Both the position numbers and the translations under genes were made by a program. Of a stretch of DNA of 64,000 bases, positions 52,467 to 64,000 are shown one piece after another. The notes beneath the pieces were generated by a model that saw nothing but the letters and a program-made list of their open reading frames with translations, had not been told where the DNA came from and ran no database searches. Numbering within the stretch: position 1 is the stretch's first letter; each line of letters opens with the position of its first letter. The stretch is taken from positions 36,642,001 to 36,706,000 of the forward strand of contig OX597817.1 in NCBI GenBank assembly GCA_951406725.2. Reading direction: 5' to 3'. The stretch comes from Octopus vulgaris. Taxonomy: Eukaryota.

Positions 52467-54332
52467 TATACATATGTATATATATAGATAGATGTACATA
52501 TATACAATTTTTCCTACCTATATTAACTTATATATATATATATATATACATATATGCATGTGTATATATAGAGATATTTACACATATATACATATGTATA
52601 TATGTATATATAGATATGTATGTTTTTCTGTATGCATCCCATTCTCTATATGTCTCTTTATTTTTCTGTGTACATCTGTTTTTGTACATAACCCTTTCCA
52701 TGTGTCATTTTCTCTGTATATGTCATTGTAAATACCTTTTGTCAAAATACCCTTTAAAAATGTTTCCTTTAGAAAAAATGCTATTTTCTTTCCAATGAAT
52801 TGCCATGGGACTTTCCTTTTCTAACATCACGTAACAAGAATCAAGTTCGCCTCTCCTTTTTATGATTCAATAATTCCTGAAAAAGCATTATTATTTGATG
52901 AATGTTTTCCTTTATCATATAAAGGTGAATATACTTAAACACAATGGTTGTAGATCTCTCAATTTTCGGTCAATCTCAATATCATAGGATTGAATATATT
53001 GCCGTCGACTAGCTCAGTTTAAAGTAACCATGGAAGAAACATATTGATTATGAAAAAGAATAATCGGGTTCAGCTGAAGCCCCGGTAGGCTCTAGGTAAG
53101 AACAGAGCCTTTATATAACGAAATTTAACACCAAAGATATTCAACACTCACACAGTCATTGCCCGCAAAACAGCAGAGGAAAAGTGGCCCAGTTCAGCTG
53201 TTATACTAGAAGCTTATATATTACTGACTGGTTAGTTCTATAGTATGTGATTAAGTTTCGAAGTTAAGATATAATTAGTTTGCTACAAATCTTTTTTGTG
53301 CGTTTATTACACTTAAATCACTATCCATAATCAAGCAAGAATAGAAACTATTTTTCTATTTCATTACATTTCATTTGCATATTTTTTAGTGTCTATCCAG
53401 CCTCTAGAACTTTCTATAAGTAACTGAACTTCTCAATGCTGGATGAATTTAATTCTCTGAACCAGAGAACAATTTCTGATCTGCGATGTTCTCACAAAGC
53501 AGATTAGAAAAAATCTAATTAATATTAATGTTCCATTAGGCTTTGTGTCTATGTTGGACTACAAGATTAATGTTCCATTAATATTCTCAATGAACGTATA
53601 AATAAATTCTGTTATACAACTGTCTCTTCTGTCTATGCCTGCACTTACTCTCAAGCCGACCTCTCCCTCGGATATTGTTGTGTACCATTTCAGACAAATA
53701 ATAATTCCTCACAATAAGTTAATATTTTGCCAGGTAGATTAATGAAATAAGTAAATCATCATTCAAAACAATTTGCAGTATTTCTTTGTGACACTTTACG
53801 GTCGATTTCTACTTTGAATTTCATTCTTTCGGGGTCGCTGAAAGGGTATTAGTCCAAAACCAGAGTCGATCATTCTCTAAGCCAAAAGGCGTTGTCTTGT
53901 GTCGACGTTAGAATTAAGGTTTTACGTGACAATCTCTAACTTGTTGCATTATGGACGGTTCATACCATTCTATTGCCATATAAAATAAATTTGCTTTTCT
54001 GTATATCTGATATTTGCCAATTTACATTTGTCCCTGAAAACAAAAAGACATGTATGCTTCTTGGTGGTAAAGCATATTTTAGACAGCGATGAATTGCCTT
54101 TTTTCTCATAACTATTATATTTTCTATTCTACATATTACTCGATTACACATATAAAGAAAGCGGTAAGAAGTGAACAAAAGAAATATGAAGTAAGAAACA
54201 AATTAAAGCTAGTCATTGTGTAAGACTAAAAATATCTCCCAGACTCTCATTGTAGTCATTTGCATTCTGTCAATTTTTGAAATATTTCTCATTTTATGTT
54301 GATCTGTTATTCAAAGTTACAATTCCCCTTAA

Positions 54333-54481
54333 TACTCTTTTACTTGTTTCTGTGCTAGAGCACGGCATTTAGTCGAGCAAATCGACCCCATGACTTATTC
54401 TCTGTAAGCCTTGTACTTATTCTATTGTAAGCCTAGAACTTATTCTCTTTTGCCGAACCGCTAAGTTACACAGACACACAA

Positions 54482-54564
<83 letters not shown>

Positions 54565-54692
54565 TACGAAGGGCTTTGGTCGGGCCGAGGCTATAATAAA
54601 AGACACTTGCCCAAGGTGCCACGCAGTGGGACTGAACCCGGAATTATGTGGTTCGTAAGCAAGCTACTTACCACAGAGCTACTCCTATGCCT
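54333..54692 (-). mobile_element. SINE family A with internal deletions
   Basis: Both head and tail present on the minus strand. Confidence 0.85.
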
Positions 54693-55236
54693 ATGATAAA
54701 AAAAATTCCAAATTTATCTTAATCATATTACGAAATATTTAGTTTAAAATTGAGATGTTGCATGCGGATAATTGTTATTCTAACTACATTATATAAACCG
54801 AATAACCCTGTATATTTTTAGTGGGCAATTTGTGTGTAAATCAATGCAAATTAATTACACTGATTAATTAGTCTGAAGAATCGTAATTGATTGTCTTGAT
54901 TTAATTTCATTGTACATCATTCATGCAAATCGGAATATCCAATCTCGTAAAAGAATTTCATAATAAATACTACAAAAGAACGTTGTTCTGCACAGTTAAA
55001 AATAGTATTCAGTAACTGGTGTACTCTTAACAAAGAAATTCGTTCAGGTGATCCATTTCCTATCTACTTTGTGATTGTTTAAACAAACGCATTCGTTTAG
55101 GAATCAATAATAATGAATTTGCGCTCGCACTGCAGGAGTGTCAATAGATTTATTCTGTAGCATGTCGCCACAACATCTAAAACGGAAACTTTAACACGTC
55201 AGTAACTTATTTCTGTCTACTACAATTATTTTACAT

Positions 55237-55291
<55 letters not shown>

Positions 55292-55626
55292 TCGCTTTCT
55301 CTCTCTTCCTCTATCACTCTCTCTTTCTCTCCCTAGCATTAAATTGTCTTCCAACTTCGCAGTTCAGGCCATATATCGAACATATTCAGTATGCCTTTGA
55401 CATTAGTTGATATCAGCAAAATATTCAGTCTATAATGTTTAGATCATTCTTTCGCGATTTTAGGCGTTATAAGCTAAACCTCTTTACTTATTTTCTTTCG
55501 AAAGATATGCGTTTGATCCACCGAGTATTATTTTGTTGCAAAATGAAAATTTAGTGAATGACTCTTGAGGAATATGAAGGTAGTTACAGTTAAACCGTTC
55601 CTTTGTGGCTCATTTGAAAAAAAAAT

Positions 55627-56386
55627 GCAAGGAGTGGCTGTGTGGTAAGTAGTTTGATTACGAACCACATGGCTCCGGGTTCAGTCCCATAGCGTGGCAC
55701 TTTGGGCAAGTGTCTTCTGCTATAGCTTCGAGCTGACCGAAGCCTTGTGAGTGGATTTGGTAGACGGAAACTGAAAGAAACCCGTCATATATATTATGAA
55801 TATATATATATGTGTGTGTGTGTGTCTGTGTGTGTGTGTGTATGTGTGTGTGTGTGTGCGCGTGCGCGTGTGTATGTTTGTCTATATGTTTGTGTGTCTG
55901 TGTTTGTCTCCCCAGTATCGCTTGAAAACCGATGCTTGTGCGTTTACGTCCCCGTAACTTAGCGGTTCGGCAAAGGAGACCGATGCAATAAGTACTTATC
56001 AACCACATGCTTCCGGGTTCAGTTCCACTGTGTGGCACCTTGGGCATGTGTCTTCTACTAAAGCCTCGGGCCGACCAAATCCTTGTGAGTGGATTTGGTA
56101 GACGGAAACTGAAAGAAGCCCGTCGTATATATGTATATATATATATGTATGTGTGTTTGTGTGTCTGTGTTTGTTCCCCCCCCCCTCCAACGTCGCTTGA
56201 CAACCGATGCTTGTGCGTTTACGTCCCCGTACCTTAGCGGTTCGGCAAAAGAGACCGATGCAATAAGTACTAGGCTTACAAACAATAAGTCCTGGGGTCG
56301 ATTTGTTCGACTAAAGGCGATGCTCCAGCATGGCCACAGTCAAATGACTGAAACAGGTAAAAGAGTAAAAAGAGAGAGTAAAGAGT
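55627..56386 (+). mobile_element. SINE family A head-to-tail dimer
   Basis: First unit runs to about 55997; the second starts within the head and ends with the gtaaaaga tail. Confidence 0.88.
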
Positions 56387-56539
56387 ATATAAGCAAACAA
56401 TAAAAGTCTATATATTGTTTTTAGAAAATCCATATATTTACATTTGAGAAAATTTTCTTGTAATATTTTTTTGCACATTCAAATTGAGTTCTCAATGAAT
56501 CAGAAAGTCTTGGATTTACGCAAAGTAAAATTATCTTTT

Positions 56540-56745
56540 ATCTTTTACACGTTTCAGTGATTTGAATGCGGCCATGCTGGGGCATCGACTTGGAGAATTT
56601 TAGTCAAACGAAACGACCCTGGGACTTAATATTTTTCTAAACCTGGTATTTATTCTGTCGGTTTCTTTTACCGCACCGCTGTGTTACGGGAGCGTAAACA
56701 CCCCAACACCGGTTGTCAACCAGTGGTAGTGGACAAACAGAGACA
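56540..56745 (-). mobile_element. SINE family A, degenerate 3' half
   Basis: gtttcagtgatttgaatgcggccatgctggggc...ccggttgtcaa. Confidence 0.7.
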
Positions 56746-59534
56746 ACCCTCTCAAAAAAATCCTCTCTTCAAAATTGATGGTTTTGTACCTAAATTAGAA
56801 ACTACTATTATTATTAATGTGTTTGGCTTTGATATTCATATCGACAGTTAAAGTAAAAAGCGCTACTAATCCAGAAATAGCCTTGTGAAGTCTGCATGAA
56901 AAAACAGAAATTGTTTCCACCTGTTCTTAACAACAAGGAATTAGCGGAATAAGATTGCAAAACCGTGGACAAAATAACAAAAAAGAGTACAATTTTGAAA
57001 GATAGGAATATCCAAAAAAATAATAGCTCTATTTGAGAGAAAAGGATTGTTAAGTGGAGAGCGGGATAAAAAAGGAAATGGTGAATGAGAGATCAATGGA
57101 AGTGTGATAAAAACAAATGTAAAATATATACGAACATTTATGAGATACGACGAAGACAAACAAGACAAATTAATAGAAAATGTGTGAGACAAGTATAAGA
57201 AAATCGTGTGATAGAATGGATAGAAACGTACTGAGTTATTATGAAGAAAGTGAGATGAAAGCGTTTGCTGAAGAGATTTAGAAAGAACGACATAATCATG
57301 ATATGAGACTAGAATTGTATTATGAAAAACTAAAGAGTCCGCCGGAAAGAAAGCGACTGAACACAACTGTAAGAAATGGACCGCTCACTGAAATGTATGG
57401 ACGGTGGTTGTATACAATGTAATTTAGAATATTTGGTCTTATATCTGATACCGACAATTTTACACTTGAGATGAATCCTAAAAAAATATATAATAAACAT
57501 ATCGACGATGATACTAACACAAGTTGATACTAACACAAGTACTAGTTTGTTTTATTGTTCTTTAAACTCTGTTTTTTCAACTTTAGTAAAAGTTCTGTTT
57601 GCAGAGCAATATATTTAGTATCACAGTTTTATTGCACATGGATGTGTTGGAAAATTATTTTTAGTTAATACATATAGCTCTAACTTATTATGGTAGCAAA
57701 ATATAGATGTGCGTTATCGGTTTACATGTTCTGTGCTTAATAACTGATGCTATCTGAAGTTAATAATACCTCTTATTATCGATTGGGAATATACCTGATC
57801 AGAATATGTCACATTATTGACCACACAACTCATTAGAATCTTATATTATTAGATATTTATCCGTTATTTAGCTCAGATCATTTATTTGAATTATGAACAG
57901 TTAATTAGCTTCTTGTGGACCATGAAAAATGACTTCTGTCAATCTTATGTACAATGTCAGTACTAATTAATAACCCTTGAGGTTTTCTAATCATCCAGTG
58001 TTTGAAATTCGATAGACAACGTTTAGCTGTCAGACGAGAAATTTGCGTGTATCGTAGTACAAATGGAGAAACTTACAGACAACTAAACCACTTGGAACAT
58101 TTGCGTGATAGGAAGATTCAGAAAGTTTGAGGCCAGCATTTATAAATATCAGTTTGGAATCGGAAATCTTATGTGAATTGTACTTCCTTTTTGATTTATC
58201 TTTGAAGACACTGAGTCGGCACTTCAGAGAAGAATGACTATTAACTTGACAGAATTGATATCAACATAATTTGCTCCAAAATAGACCAAAAGGATTGAGT
58301 GATATTTCATGGGAATAATTTGTATATAGTACTTCAATGACTGTCACTATTTTGAGATTATCTTTGGCTTATAAATTGTATTTAATCCCAAGTACTATTA
58401 AATTAAATATCGAATTGGATTACCAAATCAAGGACACTATTGACTTGAAATAATATGACCGCCTTTGTTTGTGTTTCAAAAATATAATGAAACACTTGTG
58501 TAAAGTGCACAATAAAGAAAACAAATACAATGTTTCACAAACGAGAGAGGGAACATTTAGCTAGTTGTTCGACTTGCTAGAAATATCAGACAAATTCTCT
58601 CAAACATACCCTACGTTCTTCCAAAAGGGCACATTGGAAAAATCGGGATGGCCATTACTGATGCTTTTGATCGTAGACCTGCTCTAAGCGAGTAAAGCAA
58701 TAACACACATACATATGCGCAAAAGTGGGTAAGTGAGTGAGTGAGAGAATGAGTGAGTGAGAGAGTGAATGAGAGACAGATCAGTAATGGGATGTAACTG
58801 AAGACAGAGGATAAGTGCGTGAGTGTCCTGCCTGACACGAGTCTCAGGCTCATCAGGCTCCCATTTACCAGTATGTACCCATTATAGGAGTTCCCAATAC
58901 CAAGCGATGTATAAATTGATACCTGTGGCTTGTGAAACAAAAGCTAGGATTTCTGTGTTCTGAAGTTCAAATCGCAATATCAGCTTTGCTTTCCTTCCTC
59001 GTCAAAAAAATACAGAGGTTTCTCACATTCTGTTTGCCCGTCCATTTTTCTGTTTGTAGCCCTCACATTCTCTTTCTCTCTCTCTCCTAGCTCTCTCTCC
59101 CTCTCTCTTCCAGAATACGTTACGTTACGCCGTGGGAAAGGTAACGGTGCAACATTCATAGCCTTCCATTGTATAGAAATGCAGCACAGATTTGACAGAA
59201 GAGAAGCTGCAATTGTAATTTTAGAGAGAGAAAAGCATGCCTGGAAACATTATATGCACTATATAGAAGGTGTGAATATGTATATAGAGGAACAACTAGC
59301 AACAACTTCAAAAGCCACCAGCGAAATTTCAGTGCATTATTTAGGAACCCCTACAACGGAATCGTCTAACCGATGCTTGGAAGAGACAACATGTATCATA
59401 TGATGAGGTCATCGCTAACAAGCACTCTAGAACTGTTAAAAAATATGAAGTGAACAGGGTGTAATGATATGTTGAAACAATTGTAGTGATTTGTAATACA
59501 ACTTGTTGAGTCCATCTTCTCTTATAAAAAATTT

Positions 59535-59587
<53 letters not shown>

Positions 59588-60118
59588 GTGTGTGTGTGTG
59601 TGTGCGTGCATGAAAGCATGTGTTTATATATCATTTTTATTCAAGAAAAATAACTGTTTTCCTATCATATAGTGGTACTCTATACTCTCATTTCTTTATT
59701 ATTTATCTAGTAGTAATTACATTTTCAGTAGTTTTTTAAGGAGTGAGATTAAAGTTCGCTTTATCTAGAACAAATTCTCCTCCGAAACTAATTTGTCTAG
59801 TTTTGTGAAGAAAAAAAAGTAATAATGAAATTCTAATGACATTTTTTACTGTCTTGATGAGAGTACTGATAAAATGAAAGAAAAATCTTTTTGCAAGAAT
59901 TTAGTCGATTCTTCTTATTTACACATACTTATAAAGAGAACAAAAATCATTAATATTTAGAACTGGTAAGGTGATTGATTGTTCTTTAAATTTTTCAGAT
60001 TTCCTAATGAAAAGCTCAAACTAGGTTACGTTGAATGCGCATGTCCACACATACACAGACACGGGCACATATCACACTCACAGACACATATGTAGACAGT
60101 CATGTATACATTTACATA

Positions 60119-60828
60119 TATCAGGTCATCCCATAAGTTCTGTCCGAATTTCGAATAAAGAAAAAAGTGATCACATGTTATATTTAATTGAAATTTAATC
60201 ATCAATCTACTTTCCCTGAATATCTATGGCATCTTTTCATATATCTATAAGCTTTTAACCCCATCAATGTAAAACTCTTTTGGTTTCAAAGCAAGGAACT
60301 CTGAAATGTCAGTTTCGACCTCCTCCTGGGTTGCAAAAGTTATGTTCCCCCAAATGATTGTGTAAACTACGAAACAAATGGTAGTCTGAAGGAGCAAGGT
60401 CGGGAGAATAAGGTGGATGAGGAATTTTTTCCCACCCAAGCTCTTCGATCTTCTGTGATATATTTGCAGTGTGGGGTCGCGTATTGTTCTGATGAAACAT
60501 GACTCCTTTTCGATTCACTAAAGCGGGTCATATTTTCTTCAAAGCTTAGTTCAAATGCTCTAATTGCTGACAGTAAACTTGAGCACTGATTGTTACATTA
60601 GGTGGTAACAATTCAAAGTGAATTACTCCTTTGCAATCCCACCAGATAGAGAGTAGAACCTTTTTCTCATTGAGTTCCCTTCTCGGTTGTGGTTGATCAT
60701 TTCCCTTTTACCATGCCACTGTTTACGACGCTTAACATTTCGATAGAAGATCCATTTTTCGCACCAGTCACAAGTCTATACAAAAGAGTGAAATGAGTTC
60801 GCGAGAATGGAAAGAAGAGCAGATGTGT
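60119..60828 (-). mobile_element. Mariner transposase pseudogene (3' half) with terminal TIR
   Basis: KKVLLSIWWDCKGVIHFELLPP, FHQNNTRPHTA and HPPYSPDLAPSDYHLF (mariner D,D34D signature); terminus ta-tcaggtcatcccataagttctgtcc. Confidence 0.9.
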
Positions 60829-60879
60829 GTATATGTGGTTGAGATCATGAGGAGACAAGAACATGGCAAACCATGAGTG

Positions 60880-61500
60880 TGAGTTTAAAGAGAAAGAAGA
60901 CGCTTATGTTCCCTCACATAAGGATGAATCTATTCCAAATATGCTTTGAGACTGTGGGACTGCTCTCTGGTTAACAATCCTTTTTATAATTTAGAAATGT
61001 ATCTCATTAAGAAATAACACTCTAATTTTGGATTAATTTTCCATACAATAATTCACCAGACTCAAGCCTATCTTTCCCTAACTATGACTTATAGCAGCAA
61101 CTGATAAAAATTTCACTACTGATAGGACACTCAATATCTTTAGTTTCATCACTTGGTACACTAGATATATAACAATGAAGATACAATCCACAAACCAAGT
61201 TGGACATGTGGACGACTTCTGTGTGTGAATTCCTTTGCTAAATCAAACCTATACCAGTTCTTCTTGTGTCAGTGACGAATACTGCTCCGCTTCATATTCC
61301 TCTCTCATACTTTTATAACTAATCACTTGTATCGCTTTTCAACCACCGCATCTTGAGAATCAAGTACCGCTATGATACTGCTTACCAAACCATGTCCTAT
61401 TTTTGTTTCGAATATGCAGCTAAGGCGGCTTACTGGTCATCTGTTTGATCGAAACATTTCATTGAAAGAGTTCATCAGCCCCAGAACACCAGATTTTTAT
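60880..61500 (-). mobile_element. Very decayed RTE-like LINE RT fragment
   Basis: GVLGLMNSFNEMFRSNR*P..SRLSCIF resembles the RTE WLTxLFNxIFRSNKMP..S.LVPIF segment; DLAKEF occurs further on. Confidence 0.4.
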
Positions 61501-61919
61501 ATTACCAGAATAAACAAACTTGTTACTCGTTAGTAAAAATGCTTTGACTGTAATTGTACTTAGTTTGATGAATAAACTGTTCGCTTTGTTGAAATATATC
61601 GTGATGAATTTTATATTTAGATTACTTCTTACTCAGTCTGACATACCTGTCTTTCTTCTACAGAGACAGTTTTCCGTATTATGCTGCCCATGCAAGGGGC
61701 CATATTTACAGCACTCTTATAACTATTGGTGTATTAATAGGCGACAGTGGGTGTGATGATCGCGATATTGATAAAGTCAGTGTTGGGTGAAATCACTTTT
61801 TGTCCTCGTTTCTGCTGTTGTTACAACTGTTGGTGTTATTGGTGACTGGAGCGGTGATATTGCCGGTACGGCTCTTGTTGTTAGTTGTGCCATTGTTACT
61901 AAGTATGTATCTGTAATCG

Positions 61920-61972
61920 TTACTGCTGCTACTGCAACTCCTCCTCCTCCTACTATTACTACTACTACTACC

Positions 61973-62020
<48 letters not shown>

Positions 62021-62062
62021 GCTGCTGCTGCTTCTGCTGCTATTATTTCCACCACCATCACT
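61920..62062. repeat. (ACT)n / (CCA)n / (GCT)n compound trinucleotide repeat
   Basis: Directly visible. Confidence 0.9.
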
Positions 62063-64000
62063 ATGGTTAGAGTTAAGTTGACGGTGACATCAGAGGCTCA
62101 GTTATTAAAGCTTAACTTTTCCAATTTGTTTCTTTTTGAATTTGAAACTAAAGAAGGAAGTCACTCTTGAATATCAAGATGAATTTCACCATTATCTGTT
62201 CCACCTGTCACTGACCATTTCTTGTGCCACCCGCCATTATTATACAACACTATTTAGCAAAGCATTGGCTTTAAAAAATTAATTGTTGAAAGTAACGTTA
62301 TTTTATCTCATCCAGAGAAGAACATGTGACTACTAGTCCGCTATGTTTGCCGTTACTTTAATAAAAAACACCCAAAGAACACATCTAATTTGAAAGCGGA
62401 TAAACAAAAATGTCACTTTCAAAATCATTTATATAATTAAGTGAAATATAAATACAAATACTCAACATAATGAGGGACGTAGCCATATATGGGTGTAAAT
62501 CTGATGGTTAAGAATATTTTTTCAGAACATCCATTGATTCTCACATTCTTTGCTTTATATATTCCATTTAGGTACGCACAGGTGCTTCCTAAAGAAAGCT
62601 GTGAGGTGTCGGAGTGGGTACGACGAGACTTATGTATTCGTGACTTAAGGTATGAAACTTCATTGCCCTGTAACTGATTTTGACGAGTGATTGCCTGCAT
62701 CTTACATTTCACAGTCCATCTTAGTCCATCTTCTTAGTCAATCTTAGTTCATCTTCTTGAGAATGTGCACTTTATCGTTTCCCGATTATCTTTGATAGAC
62801 TGCTTTTCGCAAGTTCTGCTTCTTGTCCGTTTAAGTTTGTTTACTACTTGGATGTCATCTTTCATTTCTTCCACTGACAACCGACGGATTTTCATTGTCT
62901 GAATTGTCGCCAGTTGTAAGAGTGGCTCTACTGGTTGTGGCCAAAAGGGATTTCGATCGTTGGTTTCTAGCATTAAGTTTAAGGTGGTCTCATTCGTTGG
63001 AGTTATCAGTAGAAGTTTTAGGGACTGTTGTTTATGTTGTTGCCAACCCCCCATTTCTCTACCTTTCTAGACTCTGAATGGAAAGCGATCACATGACTCT
63101 CACTGCTATACGTCAATCCACTCAACTTTCTACCCCTGCCCCACCATTAGTTTTATGGTTTTCCTTTCCGAAGCCCCTATTTAATGGAACTTCTCGATAA
63201 ATTTTTGTTTTACTCCATTATTAGCATGTTTCCAGAATAGATGAAATTTGTGTTTATTTCGTCATATGTTTTTCGCTCCTTACTACTGCAAAGATGACTA
63301 CAAGTCAGAGGTAAATGTTCTAATGCTCTTCGATGTGACACTCGCATACCGTCGTCCATGGTATTTTGTGACACTAATTTATGGACAGTTGTATAAGACA
63401 TTCGTTTTGTCTTTTGCTCTGCTCCACTCCTGTTTTCGAGAACGGACATATGTATATATACGTCTGTCGCGAGAAATAGAACTCTTTCTATGATCAACAT
63501 GAAATAATGAAAGGCTATACTGATCTCGATAGGATTTGAACACAGAACGTAAAAGGCCGTAAACGTTATAATTTCTTACATTAACACAAATCCACAAAAT
63601 GGAGGAGAAAAAGGTTAATTATAACTTCCAGTATTTCATTTCTAGGTCATAATATTTATTGATCCTAGAAAACTGAGAAGCAAAGTCAACCTTTATGGCC
63701 GTTATTAATAGTTGATAATTATAGTGAATATCATTGTCATTTTCATAAATATTTGAAAAATTGAAATTGTAATTGATGTCGCTGCAATGACTTTGATTCC
63801 AGCACTTCATTCGTATCTAATTTTGATTTACTTATGTTCTAAGAGTCAGCATTCAAACTAGGAAATATCAGTTTATTAAAGCATTAGATTATACAGACAC
63901 TAGCATGATAATAAATAAATAATTGCACTAGTAAATACACAAACGCAGGCATAAATACACAAATTATAAATGTTCACCACACACACACACACACACACAC

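Noticed and set aside
56941-57366. 141-aa hydrophobic ORF
   Set aside because: Antisense of a purine-rich, probably decayed LINE segment; compositional artefact.
61450-61482. Minus-strand CTGATGA...GAAA
   Set aside because: Lies within a decayed RTE coding remnant and lacks stems.
62749-63054. 101-aa minus-strand ORF, possibly a LINE N-terminal remnant
   Set aside because: No diagnostic motif could be confirmed.

Overview
AT-rich eukaryotic intergenic or intronic DNA, most likely an octopus (cephalopod) genome. That assignment is inferred from the tRNA-derived SINE families and the dense (TA)n/(TATC)n/(AAT)n microsatellites. No host protein-coding exon could be supported; nearly all ORF-track entries are microsatellite or antisense-TE artefacts. 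The window holds transposable-element remnants: a Penelope-like element (RT plus GIY-YIG, one in-frame stop) at the left edge, a second decayed Penelope copy, CR1-like, RTE and R4/Dong-type LINE fragments, a mariner transposase remnant, Tc1/mariner-superfamily MITEs, a composite non-autonomous Helitron and many copies of at least four SINE families. The most interesting signal is a recurring set of short non-coding elements, mostly in or beside (TA)n tracts, that carry minimal hammerhead-ribozyme (HHR)-like motifs and/or a fold-back (hairpin or long palindrome) end. One is a tRNA-headed SINE with a perfect 5' hairpin and an HHR-like tail. Together they suggest a Penelope-driven system of ribozyme-bearing passenger RNAs (inference). 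All motifs were read by eye and many cores are degenerate.
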